Assembly: GCF_009914755.1 (NCBI RefSeq)
Contig: NC_060942.1
From: the human T2T-CHM13v2.0 reference genome, Homo sapiens
Length of the DNA: 64,000 nucleotides
Direction: 5' to 3' (one strand)
Positions within the stretch are counted from its first letter, which is position 1. Every line of letters begins with the position of its first letter. Below the pieces are notes generated by a model. It did no database searches. It worked only from the letters and a program-made list of their open reading frames with translations, and had not been told where the DNA came from. Positions 45,108 to 59,697 of the stretch are shown here, piece by piece. Both the position numbers and the translations under genes were made by a program.

Positions 45108-46179
45108 TGTTTGTGCACATGAAAGAGGTTATCTTTTTTTTTTTTATTTTCCCTAGTCAACATGAGTTGATAACGCACAGAGTATAATGAGACCATATAA
45201 CTTCCTGCACATTTTAAAGAATTATATGCATGTGCCTCACTGTGTGTTAACCGAAATATGGAGGCCGTAAATATGGACAGAAAGCACTTAATTGCTTAAA
45301 TCGTCATCCTGGCATAGTGAGCCTTTCATAATTGTTGGTAATATGTTTCTGATTTTTTGTTGCCTGAGTGCCATATCATAAGAACTGATGTGAATGTAAG
45401 AGTCTGTCTGTACTTACGGTTATACGGCATTTTATGTAAGTAGCTATAAACCAGCAGTATTACTTTGGAATTAAATGACAAGAAGTGATACATAAATATA
45501 GAGAAATTAATGTTTTCTCAGTTATGCCTCTTCAACATTGCCACACATACCATTTTTAGTCCATAGATGCCTTTACTGATAAGATTGAGCTTTTGCAGAA
45601 ATTTCCATAACCTTGTAATGTCTGAATAATTATTTCTTGTCTCATAAAAATAACTTAAAGTGTAGTTGTTATTAGGGAGACAATGCAATGTATATTGATA
45701 AATCAAAGGGAATATGAGAAAGTAAAGCCCACAGAAATGTTTTGTCTATTTTTTGTAAAATCATTTTGTAACTTGTCAATGCCTAGTGGCTAAACTCAGT
45801 ATCCAGGATCTATTGAAAAAAATTAAAAATGAACCTCTAGCAGTCACAGTATCACAATAAGACAGTTGTCAGGATGTGAAAACCTCGTTTTGATGGTGGT
45901 TTGTTGAAAGTTACCCACGAAGGCTGTGGCTTTATTGAAGAGCCCCATATATGCATCATCATTCAGTTGAGCTGAGAATTGAGCAGTATGATCCCTGGCC
46001 TTTCAAAAGTAAATACACTCTCATTGACGGCTCCTCACCCAGCCTCCCTGTGACAGTGGATCTGAAACACCTGCCCCCAGACCAGCTTCACAATGGCAAT
46101 TCATTGCAAAGATGAAAGATTGGGTAAGTGTATTGAAAAACAGGATTTTTTTTTTATAGTATACTAGTAGCTAAAATGT

Positions 46180-46410
46180 ACTGAGACTTCTTAGGAGTCA
46201 CAAATTTTTCTGGAGATTTCATATGGATTTTTATAACTACTCACAACACAGCTGTGGAATAGATATTACTATCATACTATATTATTATCTAATTTGATAA
46301 AATGAGGGTCAGAAAAAAGTTATGCAACTGACCTTGGGCCTTACAGTTTACATGGTAGAACATGGACTATAACCCATGCTCAGAGTTAAAAGGCTAGCCT
46401 CCTAATCACA
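46180..46410 (-). mobile_element. MIR SINE
   Basis: ctcacaacac...agatattactat...aaatgagggtcaga...tggtagaacatggactataaccca. Confidence 0.6.
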
Positions 46411-47139
46411 ACACAAGGAAATGGGACAGAACCAAGATGACTATTCATGAAGATAGCTACCACAGACTATTTGGGAAAACTACTCTTGAAACTACATGGT
46501 CTAAATCGCATTAAAAAAAAAAAAAGTAGTTGACCTAAAGCTATTGAAGTTAGGGTTTGGAGAATTAAGATAGAATAGAAACCAGTAAATCTTCTTAGCA
46601 TTCTTATCCTTCTTTCATTCTCATTTTCTCTCTTACCTTTCTACACATACAAAAATGAATGAACCAAACCTATAAATCCCATAAAAGCTATCCTTAATCT
46701 GTCCCTCTTTTACTGTGCTTATATATAAAAAAAGAGGCCAGTAGCTTTCAGTGATATATGATATGAACTAAAGGAGAGAACTCTGCACAATTTTCAGGAT
46801 TTGGCTTGCCAAAATCTGTTCATTTCTCTCGGGAGCAGGAAATACATACAAGGAAGTAAATTCATCCAGCGCATAAACAATTCAGAGTGCAAGTTTTACC
46901 TGAAAATTGATTGATAGTACTATATCATCAATGCAGCTTTATATAGCTGTTGTCAAACAGATACTTTATTTTCTAATTTCCAGAGTTATAAATTTTAAAA
47001 GGGCCTGAACTTTGATGCTATACATTTAAAAATATTTCAATAAAGGTTTTTCATTTTATTAAAAAGTGAAAACAGTGCTATAACTTTTCTTGTCTATTTT
47101 AAATCTATCACACTTAGAAATATATATGTGTATATATGA

Positions 47140-47560
47140 TTTTTAATCCAAAAAGGGATTTTACTATAAGGGTATTGGGTAGCTCACAGAAGTGTGCAGA
47201 AGGCTAGAGGCTAAACATGTAAGATTAGTTGAGTCTAAACTTACAGGTACAGTACTAGGACCGTGCATCACAATTGGCCTGATGAAGAAACGTCAGCTAT
47301 TGCTGTTGCCCACTGAACACTGAAGGAGAACCCTGCACCGGCTGCCCTCTCATTGTTGGATACATCTGCCACCACCCTTGCCAGCAAAATGGACAGCCCC
47401 CTGCCCCTAAAACTTGTCTTCTCAGGTTGCTTGTTTCCAAACCAGCGATTCAGAAGCATGTGACTGACAGGCAAAATCTAGTTCAAATGCTTCTGGTTTA
47501 GCTGCAAGGAATTCTGGGAACTTGAGTTTTCTGGATTCTGCCCTGATGAAACCAGATCAA
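47140..47560 (-). mobile_element. Old MLT1 (MaLR) LTR fragment
   Basis: aaaagggattttactataagggtattgggtagctcacagaa...tagctgcaaggaattctgggaa. Confidence 0.7.
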
Positions 47561-48005
47561 TAAGACTGCACATTTCCTAAACATAGTGATCACGTGAGAA
47601 AGGTGTTTGGTAGCTTGAAAACATGGCAGTTATACATAGATGGAATACACTATAGGAAGAAAAACAGACAACTCACTGGCCACAATTGAGTTGATCATAT
47701 TATTCTGATGGTGTCAAAAAGCAAAACTGGAAACAGCTGATGTCCTCCAGGCTAAGGTGTTAAACTGGATTACAATTTATATAGGTAAAAAAAATCCTTT
47801 ACCCCAGCATAACATTGCTTAATCATATCTTAATTTCAAGTCTTTTTCAACAAAAATTCTACTAGGCATGCTACGAAGTTGAAGGAAATATCACAAGGGG
47901 TGAAATAAATTAGCTTAACTCTGCAGTCTTTACTACAGGCTAGGGATGGGAGTTCCCGTGTTCATCATTTCCTTTCTCTTGATTGATCCTGTGATCATGA
48001 ACAAA

Positions 48006-48062
48006 TAATGATGATGAAGATGATGATGATGATGAGAGTGATGATGGTGAGGTGATAATGAT
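48006..48062. repeat. (GAT)n-like simple repeat
   Basis: aatgatgatgaagatgatgatgatgatgagagtgatgatgg. Confidence 0.85.
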
Positions 48063-48560
<498 letters not shown>

Positions 48561-49079
48561 GAATGCGTTAAGCTCTGTAATTAGAGTGGTTGCAGTACTG
48601 GCTCCATGTTCTAGGGTGTTTCTTAGTGTGTGGGGTATGTCAATCACTAAGAAGTATCTGAAATCATGAAGTAATTTTCCATCAGGTGTATTTGTGCCAC
48701 TGTCCTGTATTTATAGACAATATGGCAGTCTTTTCTCTTGAGCCTGGAGTTAACTTTATCATTATTTTAAAACCATGTTCCAGGCAGATGCTAAATAATT
48801 ACTGGCAATATTGGGGTATATGAAACCTATTGTTTCATCCTGCCTATTAAAATACTTAATTGATTTCCCACTGAATAGCTTTTTCATGAAAATCTAGAAA
48901 GCCAAAAAGAAAAGTAGCTTGAATATTGAATACACGAATAGCAAAATCATTCCAAATTGCACTATACATTTGGGCATGCAATTTTCCCCAAGCTTCCATT
49001 TACTAAACTTGTTAGAAAAAGTAATGTAATTCATGGGGTTAGTTCAGAAGTAGGTAGATAATTGAATAGAAAGACATTT

Positions 49080-49378
49080 GGCCGGGCGCGGTGGCTCACG
49101 CTGGTAATCCCAGCACTTTCGAAGCCCAAGGCGGGCGGATCGCTTTGAGCTCAGGAATTCGAGACCAGCCTGGGCAACATGGCAAAACCCCGTCTGTATT
49201 AAAAATACAAAAATTAGCCAGGTGTGGTGGTGCGTGCCTGTAATCCAAGCTATTCCAGAAGCTGAGGCAGGAGAATCGCTTGAATCCAGGAGGCGAAAGT
49301 TGCCGTGAGCAGAGAGCGCCACTGCACTCCAGCCTGGGCGAAAGAGCAAGACTCTGTTTCAAAAAAAAAAAAAAAAAA
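49080..49378 (+). mobile_element. Alu (Jb/Sz-like)
   Basis: gatcgctttgagctcagga...gcctgggcaacatggcaaaacccc; A-tail; TSD aaaagacatt. Confidence 0.95.
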
Positions 49379-49579
49379 GACATTCAAACAACTGATTAGG
49401 AGAGGCCAATATAAACCAATTACTGTTGCTTTAATGAGAGACAAATCACAGGGAAAATTTCCATTTAAAATGTATAATCTTATAAATATACGAATATACA
49501 TTAGTTGCAATAATATATGTTGTATCTAAGAATCCACCAAAATCTTATATTTTTGTGTGTGTATTTTAAAGTAAAGTTT

Positions 49580-49903
49580 GTGCAGGCACAGTGACGCACA
49601 CTTGTAATCTCAGCACTTTGGAAGCCTGAGGTGGGAGGATTGCTTAAGACCAGGCATTCAAGACCAGCCTGATCAACATAGGAAGACTCCATTGCTACGA
49701 AAAACAAATTGAAAAATTAGCTGGGCATGGCAGTGTATGCATTTAGTCTCAGGTATTCAGATGGCTGAGGCAAGAGAATCATTTGAGCCTAGAAGTTCAA
49801 GGTTGCAGTGAGCTATAATCACACTAGGTTACTCCAGCCTGGGTGACACAGTGAGACCTTGTCTCTAAAAAATAATAATAAATAAAATGCAATAAAATAA
49901 AAA
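49580..49903 (+). mobile_element. AluJ
   Basis: gtgggaggattgcttaagaccagg...gttcaaggttgcagtgagctataatc (J-type). Confidence 0.93.
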
Positions 49904-50931
49904 TGAACATGAAGTTCAAAGAAACTCAAAAATTTAAGTCAGGATGATAAAAATTATTCCAAATCAATATTTAGCAACATTAAACTGATTTTGTAATTGG
50001 CTTAATAATTCTCCCAAACTTATAGATATTTTATTGACAGTAAGCATATGTATCCCAAAGGAAGATAGATGGAAAACATTATATAATTAATTACGTTATA
50101 ATTGATATTATAACTAAATTTCTACTTAATTCTTTTCTAATGTCAGCCTAATAAGCTTCCGTGGTATAGATACTGGAGCTTTTAAGTTTCCTTCTACAAT
50201 TAGTACTATCTGTCAATAAAACTAAAACAACTACAGCAGCAAGAAACTCTAAACTATTCAATGCTTAAAATGTGTACAGGAAAACAATACTAGAAATGTC
50301 ATTTTTGATATTTTAGATGTTATACCTTTTTAACATAAATGAGACATCATATACAAAATCTTTCCCCTTGATAATTTAGTTACTAAACTGCTAATATTAG
50401 TGATAGCAAATTTGTCTGAGTTGTATTGAGTCTTGGTAGAATATTGTTATCATCAAAATAATTTCATTGAGAAAAGTAATTTTAATTTTTTGAATGAGCA
50501 CAAAGGAGGTAGCCCCATTCCTGCCAGCTCCCCGCCGTAGCTGATAAGCGTGTACCCCACTGCGACATGTGAATGATCACAGATCCAGTTGACATCATAA
50601 AGAAGTACTTTGGCTGGCACCACCCATTGGAGTGGTGTGGCTGGTGGTCTGGGAACACTTTGGCCCCTCTAGAACAGCAGGTTCCTGACCTCAAGGGAAC
50701 AAAGAACAAGGCCGCTTCCCTAACACAAGGCCCACAGCATTAGAGCACACAGCTCAGGAGAGCTGACCTGAGCCTTGGCCTCCTAAAACCTTCCAGAAAT
50801 AAAAAGTCAGTTGACTGAACCCACCTTATATCATAATCAAACCCCCAAGGGAATGAAAGAAGACAAAAGCAAAAATAAACACATCTAAAGGACAGCAACT
50901 TCAATGATTGAAGGAAAATCAGCTCACACCG

Positions 50932-51402
50932 ATGAGAAAGAACCAGTGCAAGAACTCTGGCAACTCAAAAAGCCAGAGTGTCTTTTTACCTCCAAATGAT
51001 CACACTAGTTCTCCATCAAGGGTTCTTAACCAGGCTGAAATGGCTGAAATGACAAAAATAGAATTAAGAATATGGATAGGAATGAAGATCATTGAGATTC
51101 AGGAGAAAGTTGAAACCCGATCCAAGGATTCTAAGGAATACAATAAAATGATACAGGAGATGAAACACAAAATGGTCATTTTAAGAAAGAACCAAACTGA
51201 TCGTATAGAGCTGAAAAACTCATTTCAAGAATTTCAGAATACAATCACAAGTATTAACAGTAAAATTGATCAAGCCGAGGAAAGAACCTCTAAGCTTAAA
51301 GACCAGTTCTCTGAAATACACAGTCAGAAAAAAATAAAAAAGAATAAGAAATATGAGCAAAACCTCCAAAAAATATGGTATTATGTAAACAGACCAAATT
51401 AA
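50932..51402 (+). pseudogene. L1 ORF1p N-terminal/coiled-coil remnant
   Basis: Open frame MRKNQCKNSG...INSKIDQAEERTSKL...EQNLQKIWYYVNRPN ending in a premature stop. Confidence 0.9.
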
Positions 51403-53155
51403 TGACTTATTGGTGTCCCAGAAAGAGAGAGAGAGAAAGCAAACAACTTGAAAATATATTTGAGGGTATTGTCCATGAAGATTTTCTCAACCTGCTAAAG
51501 AGGCAAACATTTACATTCAGAAAATGCAGAGACCCCATGCATGATACCACAAAAGATGAACATCCCCAAGACACATAGTCATCAGATTCTCCAGGGTGAA
51601 ATGAAAAAATAAATGTTAAAAGCAAATAGAAAGAAGGCAGGTCACCTACTGAGGTGATTAATATTTTAACTTCAGATACAATATATTTTAAAGAAATAAA
51701 GATCAAAAAAGACAAAGAAAAGCATTACATAACGGTAAGGGTTCAATTCCACAAGAACACTTAACTATCTTAAATGTATATGTACCCAAAACAGGAGCAT
51801 TAAAATTCATAAAGCAAGTGCTTAGAGACCTATGAAGAGACTTAAATAACCACATATTGATAGTGGGAGATTCGAATACCTGACTGATAGTATTAGATTA
51901 CAGTGGCAGAAAACTAAGGAAGACATTTAGGACCTGAACTCAACACCTACCTAATAGACATCTACAGAACTCTCGACATTCTTCTCATGTACACATGACA
52001 CATACTCTAAAATCAAACACATATTAAGCCATAAAACAATCCTCAGCAAATTCAAATAAACAACAACAAAAAAATGAAATTATACCAACCACACTTTTGG
52101 ATCACAGAGCAATAAAAATAGAAATCAATTATAAGAAGATCACTCAAAACAATAAGTTACATAGAAATAAAACAAACTGTTCCTTAATGACTTTTGGATA
52201 AACAATGAAATCAAGGCAGAAATCAAGAAATTATTTTAAAATGATGAGAACAAAGGGACAGCATACCAGAATCTTTGGGACACAGCCAATTCAGTGTTAA
52301 GAGGGAAGTTTATAGCACTAAACACCCACATCAAAAAGTTAGAAAGATCTCAAATTAACAACCGAGTTCTCCTAGAGGAACTAGAGAAACAAGAGCAAAC
52401 CCACTGAAAGCTAGCAGAATACAAGAAATAACCAAAAATCAAAGTGGAACTAGAGAAAACTGAGATGTGGAGAACCATACAAAAGCCCAACAAATCCAGG
52501 AGTTAATTTATTAAAAGAATAAATAAGATTCATACACCATTAGCTAGACTAATAAAGAATAAAAGAGAGAAGATCCAAATAAAATCAGAAATGGTAAAGA
52601 GGACATTACCACCGACACAACAGAAATACAAAAACTCTCAGGCTACCGTGAACCCCTCTATGCACACAAGCTAGAAAACCTAGAAGAAATTGATAAATTC
52701 CTGGAAACATGCAACCTCCCAAAATTGAACCAGGAAGAAATTGAATCCCTAAAATGACATAGAACAGTTCCAAAGTTGAATCAGGAAAAAAAAAAAAAAA
52801 AGCCTACCAACCAGAATAAGCTCAGTACCAGATAGATTCATAGCTAAATTCCACCAGATGTATAAAGAAGAGCTGGTAACATTCTTACTGAAACTCTTTC
52901 AAAAAATTGAGGTTGGGAGGCTCCTCCATAACTTTTTCTATGAGGCTGCCAGCATTATTTTGATACAAAAACCTAGCAGAGACGCAAATAAAATGAAAAT
53001 TTTAGGTCAATATCCTTGATGAACAGAGATGTAAAAATCCTCCACAAAATACTAGCAGACTAAATACAGCAGCATATCAAAAAGCTAATCCACCATGATC
53101 AAGTAAGCTTTCCCCCTGGCATGCAAAATTGGCTTAACATATACAATCAATAAAT

Positions 53156-53530
53156 GTGATTCATCACATAAACAGAGCTAAAAACATAAAGCACGTGATT
53201 ATTTTAATAGATTCAGAAAAGGCTTTTGATAAAAGTCAATATCCCTTCATGTTAAAAACCCTCAACAAACAGGTTATTGTAGGATTATACTTTAAAATAA
53301 TAAGAGTAATCTGTGAAAAACCCAGAGCCAACATCATACTGAATGGACAAAAGCTGGAAACATTGTTTTTTAAAACTGGAACAAGACAAGGATGTCCTAT
53401 CTCACCACTTCTATTCAACATGGTACTGAAAGTCTTAGCCAGAGCAATCAGGCAAGAGAACAGAATAAATGGCATCCAAATAGGTAGAGGAAGTAAAATT
53501 GTCTTTGTTCAGAGATGATATGATTCTATA
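53156..53530 (+). pseudogene. L1 ORF2p reverse transcriptase remnant
   Basis: [22 protein letters not shown]...[29 protein letters not shown]; frameshift before the catalytic motif. Confidence 0.92.
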
Positions 53531-53958
53531 CCTAGAAAACCCATAGTCTCTGCCCCAAAGCCCTGATTAAATTACAAATATCAGCAAATTTTCCAGATAC
53601 AAAATCAATCAATGTACACAAATTAGTAGCTTTTCTAAACAACCACCACCACCAAGCTGAGAGCCAAATCAAGAATGCGATTCAATTTTCAATTGCCTCA
53701 AAAAGAATACAATACCTAGGAATATAGCTGACCAGGGAAGTCAGAGATTTTTACAATGAGAGTTACAAAACATTGCTCAAAGGAATCAGAGATGACAAAC
53801 ACAGAAGGAAAAGCATCCCATGCTTAAGGATAGAATAATCAATATTTTTAAAATGGCTCAACTGTCCAAATTCATGTACAGATTCAATGCTATTCCTATG
53901 AAACTACCAATGACATTCTTCTCAGAATTTGAATAAACTATTTTAAGTTTCATATGGA

Positions 53959-54267
<309 letters not shown>

Positions 54268-57200
54268 TCATGTGGAACCAAAAATGGTTCTAAATAGCAA
54301 AGGCAATTCTAAGCAAAAAGAACAAAGCTGGAAGCTTCACATTACCCAACTTCAAGCTATACTACAAGGTTACAGTAACCGAAACAACATGGTACTGGTA
54401 CAAAAACAGACACATAGACTATTGTAACAGAATAGGTAGCCCAGAAATAACACTGCATTCCTACAACCATCTGATCTTTAACAAAGTTGACAAAAACAAG
54501 CAATGGTGAAAGGACTCCCTATTCAATATACAGTGCTGGGTTAACTGGCTAGCCATATGCAGAAGTTGGAAACTGGGTCCCTTCCTTATACCATACACAA
54601 ATATCAACTCAAGATGGATTAAAGACTTAAATTTAAAACCTCAAACTATAAAAACCCTGAAAGATAACCTAGGAAACACCATTTTGTACGCAGAACCTGG
54701 CAAAGATTTCATGCAAAGACTCCCAAAATAATTGCACCAAAAACAAAAATAGACTACTGGGACCTAACTAAAGAGCTTCTGCACAGCAAAAGAAACTATC
54801 AACAGAGTGAATGGATAGCCTACAGAATGGGAGAGAGTATTTGTAAACTATGCATCTGCCAATGGTCTAATATCCAAAATCTATAAGGAGCGAAAACAAA
54901 TTAACAAGCAAAAATAAACAATGCCTTAAAATAGTGGGCAAAAGACATGAACAGACATTTTTTCAAAAGAAGACATACACATGGTCAACAATCACGTGAA
55001 AAAATGTTCAACGTCACTAATCATTAAAGAAATGGAAATCAAAACTACAATGAGATACCATCTCACAGCAGTCAGAATGGCTATTACTAAAAAGCCAAAA
55101 AATAACATGCTGGTGAGGTTGTGGAGAAAATGGAACACTTAAAATACTGCTGGTGGGAATGTAAATGAGCTCAGCCATTGTGGAAAGCAGTTTGGAGATT
55201 TCTTCAAGGCTGAAAGCAGAATTACCATTTGACCTAGCAATCCCATTATTGGGTGTGTACCCAAAGGAATTTAAATTGTTCTACTATAAGGATATATGGA
55301 TGGGTATATTCATTGCAGCAGTATTCACAATAGGAAAGGAATGGAATCAGCACACATGCCCATCAATGGTCAACTGAATAAAGTAAATATGGTACATATA
55401 CACCAGGGAATATTACGCAGCCATAGAAAAGAACAAGATCATGTCTTTTACAGCAATATGGACAGAGCTGGAGGCCATTATCCTAAGTGAACTAAACAGA
55501 GAAACAGAAAAAAACAAATACTGCATGTTCTCACTTGTAAGTGGAAGCTAAACCTTGAGAATATATGGACACAAAGAAGGAAACAATAGACATCAGGGCC
55601 TATTTGACAGTTGTAGGTGGGAGGAGAGAGAGGTTGGAAAAGCTACCTATCTTGTTCTATGCTTATTACCTGCGTGACAAAATAATCTGTACACCAAACC
55701 CTTGTGACACACAATTTACCCATATAACAAACCTGCGGATGTACTCCTGATCCTAAACTAAAAGTCAAAAAACGTCAGCCTACAAACTCAAATAATAATA
55801 ATAACAATAATAATAACAAAATACACACTAGAAATATTTGAAGAACACTAAAAGAGAAATCTATGAATAAATTATTTTTCTAACTGGCACTAATTTATTC
55901 TCACATTCACACACTTAAAAACTATCTCTTACATTTATCAAATTTAGAAAAATGTGTTTGTTTCTATAAACCACTTTAGCCAAATTTACCCTAAATGATT
56001 AATCTACATTGTTTTAGAAAAACAAAACTCCATTTTGAAGACCTACAATTTATTTTCATTACTCCCATGTTCAGTTTCCTGCCTTTGATCTCTGCTGTGG
56101 CCTTGAGCACAATGTTCGTTTTGTTTCCCTTTTGTTCATTTGTATAATGAATGCCATAATTGGGTGTTTGACAATGCGAATCTACACTTGTAGGTAACTG
56201 CTCTGTACCTTCTCGTTACCATGTCTGTTTTCCTAAACAGATTGCAAATTCCTAAAGGTAATGTTTTATTATTTAAATTTTCTCTGGTGCCCTTCATTAT
56301 AATCTGAGATATCTTTTATTCTCTTAGGTACTTGATACATTTAATTTCATTTATTAAAAGTTTTGGGGGGCAGAAAATATATGTCAATCTTGCCTAACAG
56401 CCAAAAAAACTTTTTCAGTCATTCTCTTTTGATGCTCTAAGACCTTGTGAAATGCATGACTTGGGTATCCCTTTTCTCCCTGTACTTCTGTTCATCTTTG
56501 GTAGCAGCTGAATGTAACGTAAATTTCATGCATAATTCACAAGCTACATAATAGGATCATGGATCTCCTCTATTTTGTTTTAGCAAAGTTCTAAGTAATC
56601 CATGACCATAACAAATATTTAATAAAAGTTACTCACATATGGAACCACTGAAGGTTAGATATAATTTAAATCCACCTGACCAATATGTCTTGAAGATTAA
56701 TAACATCTTAAATCTTAAGAGGTCTCTAATCTTTGCAATCTTTTACAAATTAAAATTTTATGTAATTACATTTCAAAATAATTATCAAGCATTGTCTATA
56801 TAACAGTTATGGCTACTTGTTCATGCATATTTTGCTATGACTTTCCTATCAATGTTTATGATATATTTAAATGTTGAAGAATTGAGGAGAAATGTAGATG
56901 TAGTGTTCATAGTTTCCTTTTTGAATGTGGTTGCATGTGTATGTATCTCTGTCTCTATCTCTCTTTCTCTTTTCTCTCTCTGTTTCCCTCTCTCTTTCTC
57001 CAGCTTCCTTTGGGTCTGAGATGATACAGAATGTCACCTTAAAGCATCAGATTGAACAAGCAAGAGCATCCCCAGTACAGTGAGATGAGGAAACACTTCT
57101 TTCTGCTTCATGATTGGAAGCAGAACAAAATCCAGAAAGCCCCAAGTGAGCTTTCAGGGCACAGGCTCCTTTTACACTTGCTAATCCTTGTTAAGTAATC

Positions 57201-57436
57201 AGTCACATCACTGAATCTTTACCGGTCTAACAGAGGTTTCTTTTCCTCACATCAACACCTTTTGGGGGAAGCTGGTAAGGGGGAAGGAGGAGCAGAAATA
57301 GGCACAAAAATTAATAAGACTCCTGAAAGAAGTGGGATTTAGATTATCTTTTCTCTTTTGTTGGAATTCAATAATATTAAAAGCTCTACAGGAGATGAGA
57401 GATGGCATGTTCCTGACTTAAGACAGATACCCCTTT

Positions 57437-57451
57437 CCCCACCCACCCACC

Positions 57452-57487
<36 letters not shown>
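57437..57487. repeat. (CCCA)n(CA)n compound microsatellite
   Basis: ccccacccacccacccacccacccacacacacac... Confidence 0.95.
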
Positions 57488-59024
57488 AGGTCTTGCGTAT
57501 TCAAAGGAATCATATCCATAAGTGGATCCAAATCCAAATTTAGCCTAAGAATATAGACGCTCATGGAATCCATCTAGACTCAGCCACCCCATCAGAGTGT
57601 TTGCACTTCAGGAACAATAGATGAACAGTATAGGTGAATTACAAGAAGCTGAGACTGGCAGTAAAAGGATTAGATTAAGATGAGCATTAGTACTGCAGCA
57701 GGATGAAGAGACACTCTACTTCTTCCTAGTTGATGTTTGAAAGCAAGCCTATATCCAAAGACTACCAGGGTGTATGATAAATCTTGAAGATAGCTGCAGG
57801 ACTTTGGGGCGAGACACTACACTACACAAAAATAAGAATTATGCAATCACTTATAAAAATGAAAGAACTGTGTCCTTATCCATTTTATAAGACATGGCAG
57901 AGATTTATATGAGTCATAACAGTACTGTGTTCTGAAAGCAAGAGAGGACTGCATTTTAACAAGGAAGGCACATTCGCTAGGGCAATTTTTTTTAGAGTGG
58001 TCACAAAAAATGAGACCCAAATAAAATGTCAGTTTGAGCCTTTGAAAGTCAATGATGTATTACCAGATTTATTAAATTGGTGGCAACAGAGTATCTACAT
58101 ATCCAGAGATTAAGCAGTTAGATTGTGAGAGAAGGGACCTCTAACAAGCAGAGACTACTCTTTGAGATATTTTATGGGGGTTAAATGGGAGAATTTTTTT
58201 TAATGTGGTTATTGCCTTTCAAATGACAAAGTAGTCAATGGAAAACAATAATGTGGCTTTTTAAAACAAATTATCATGTAAATTTCTGAGTTTTTAGTAT
58301 ATATTTGGCACTGTGCAATTTGTTAAGTATAAGTGTCAAAAGAATAGACATGAATGAAAATGATTGATGAAACCATTTCCTAAAATGTAAGATGGGATGA
58401 GATCAAGTTTATATTCTTAGAATTTTTAGGTAGTAATGAAAGTCCAGTTGAATTTAGAAAGAGGCATTTATAATTGGAATCATTACAGTGAATATAAATA
58501 GCATGGAATTTGAAATCAGCTTTATTTGAATACTGTTTTAGAAAATTTTTCTAATACAGGGGAAATTTCACAGGGCACATTGGGACCAAGAAAAGGGAAG
58601 TATGGTTTTAATGTCATTTAAATAACGTGGGATATGTTGGTTTTTACTTTTCTAGCAGGTACGAGAATACAGGGACAAAGCTTCTCCATATCAAATGATA
58701 AAAAGCAAGCAAACAAACAACATTTTTTAAAATAACTAACTTGTAAGGAAATATTTTGTTTATATTCAAGAGGGTATAAGTAAAATTTTGAATTTTGCAT
58801 GCTATAAATAGGCCAGAGAACTTTCCTTCATCTCATGACTGAATTACTATATTTTATAATTTAGTTTTTTAAATCTTTTACAGAATTAAAATGCACCCTA
58901 AAGAATCATTTCATTCTTTTTTATACAGACAAAAATTGAATTTCAAAACTCTTCTGTATAAAACAGCAACAACAACAACAACAGAAACTGAAGTCCAAAA
59001 ATTTTTCATGGCTTCCTCTAGTTT

Positions 59025-59280
59025 ATTTATTTTTTGTTACCTTTTCTTTTAGATTCAGGGGTACATGTGCAGATTTGTTACATGGGAAAATTGCGTATCA
59101 TGGGGGTTTGGTATACAGATTATTTTGTCACTTGGGAAATCAGCAAAGTACCCTGTGGGTAGTTTTTCAATCCTCACCTTCCTCCCATTTTCCACCAAGT
59201 AGGCCTCAATGTCTCTTGTTCCTTTCTTTGTGTCCACATGTACTCCAAAGTTTAGCTCCCACTTATGAGAACATGCAGCA
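59025..59280 (-). mobile_element. L1PA15/16-type 3' end (5'-truncated)
   Basis: ttttagattcaggggtacatgtgcag...tgtgtccacatgtact...tttagctcccacttatgagaacatgc; TSD agtttatt. Confidence 0.93.
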
Positions 59281-59295
59281 GTTTATTCAGTTTGA

Positions 59296-59697
<402 letters not shown>

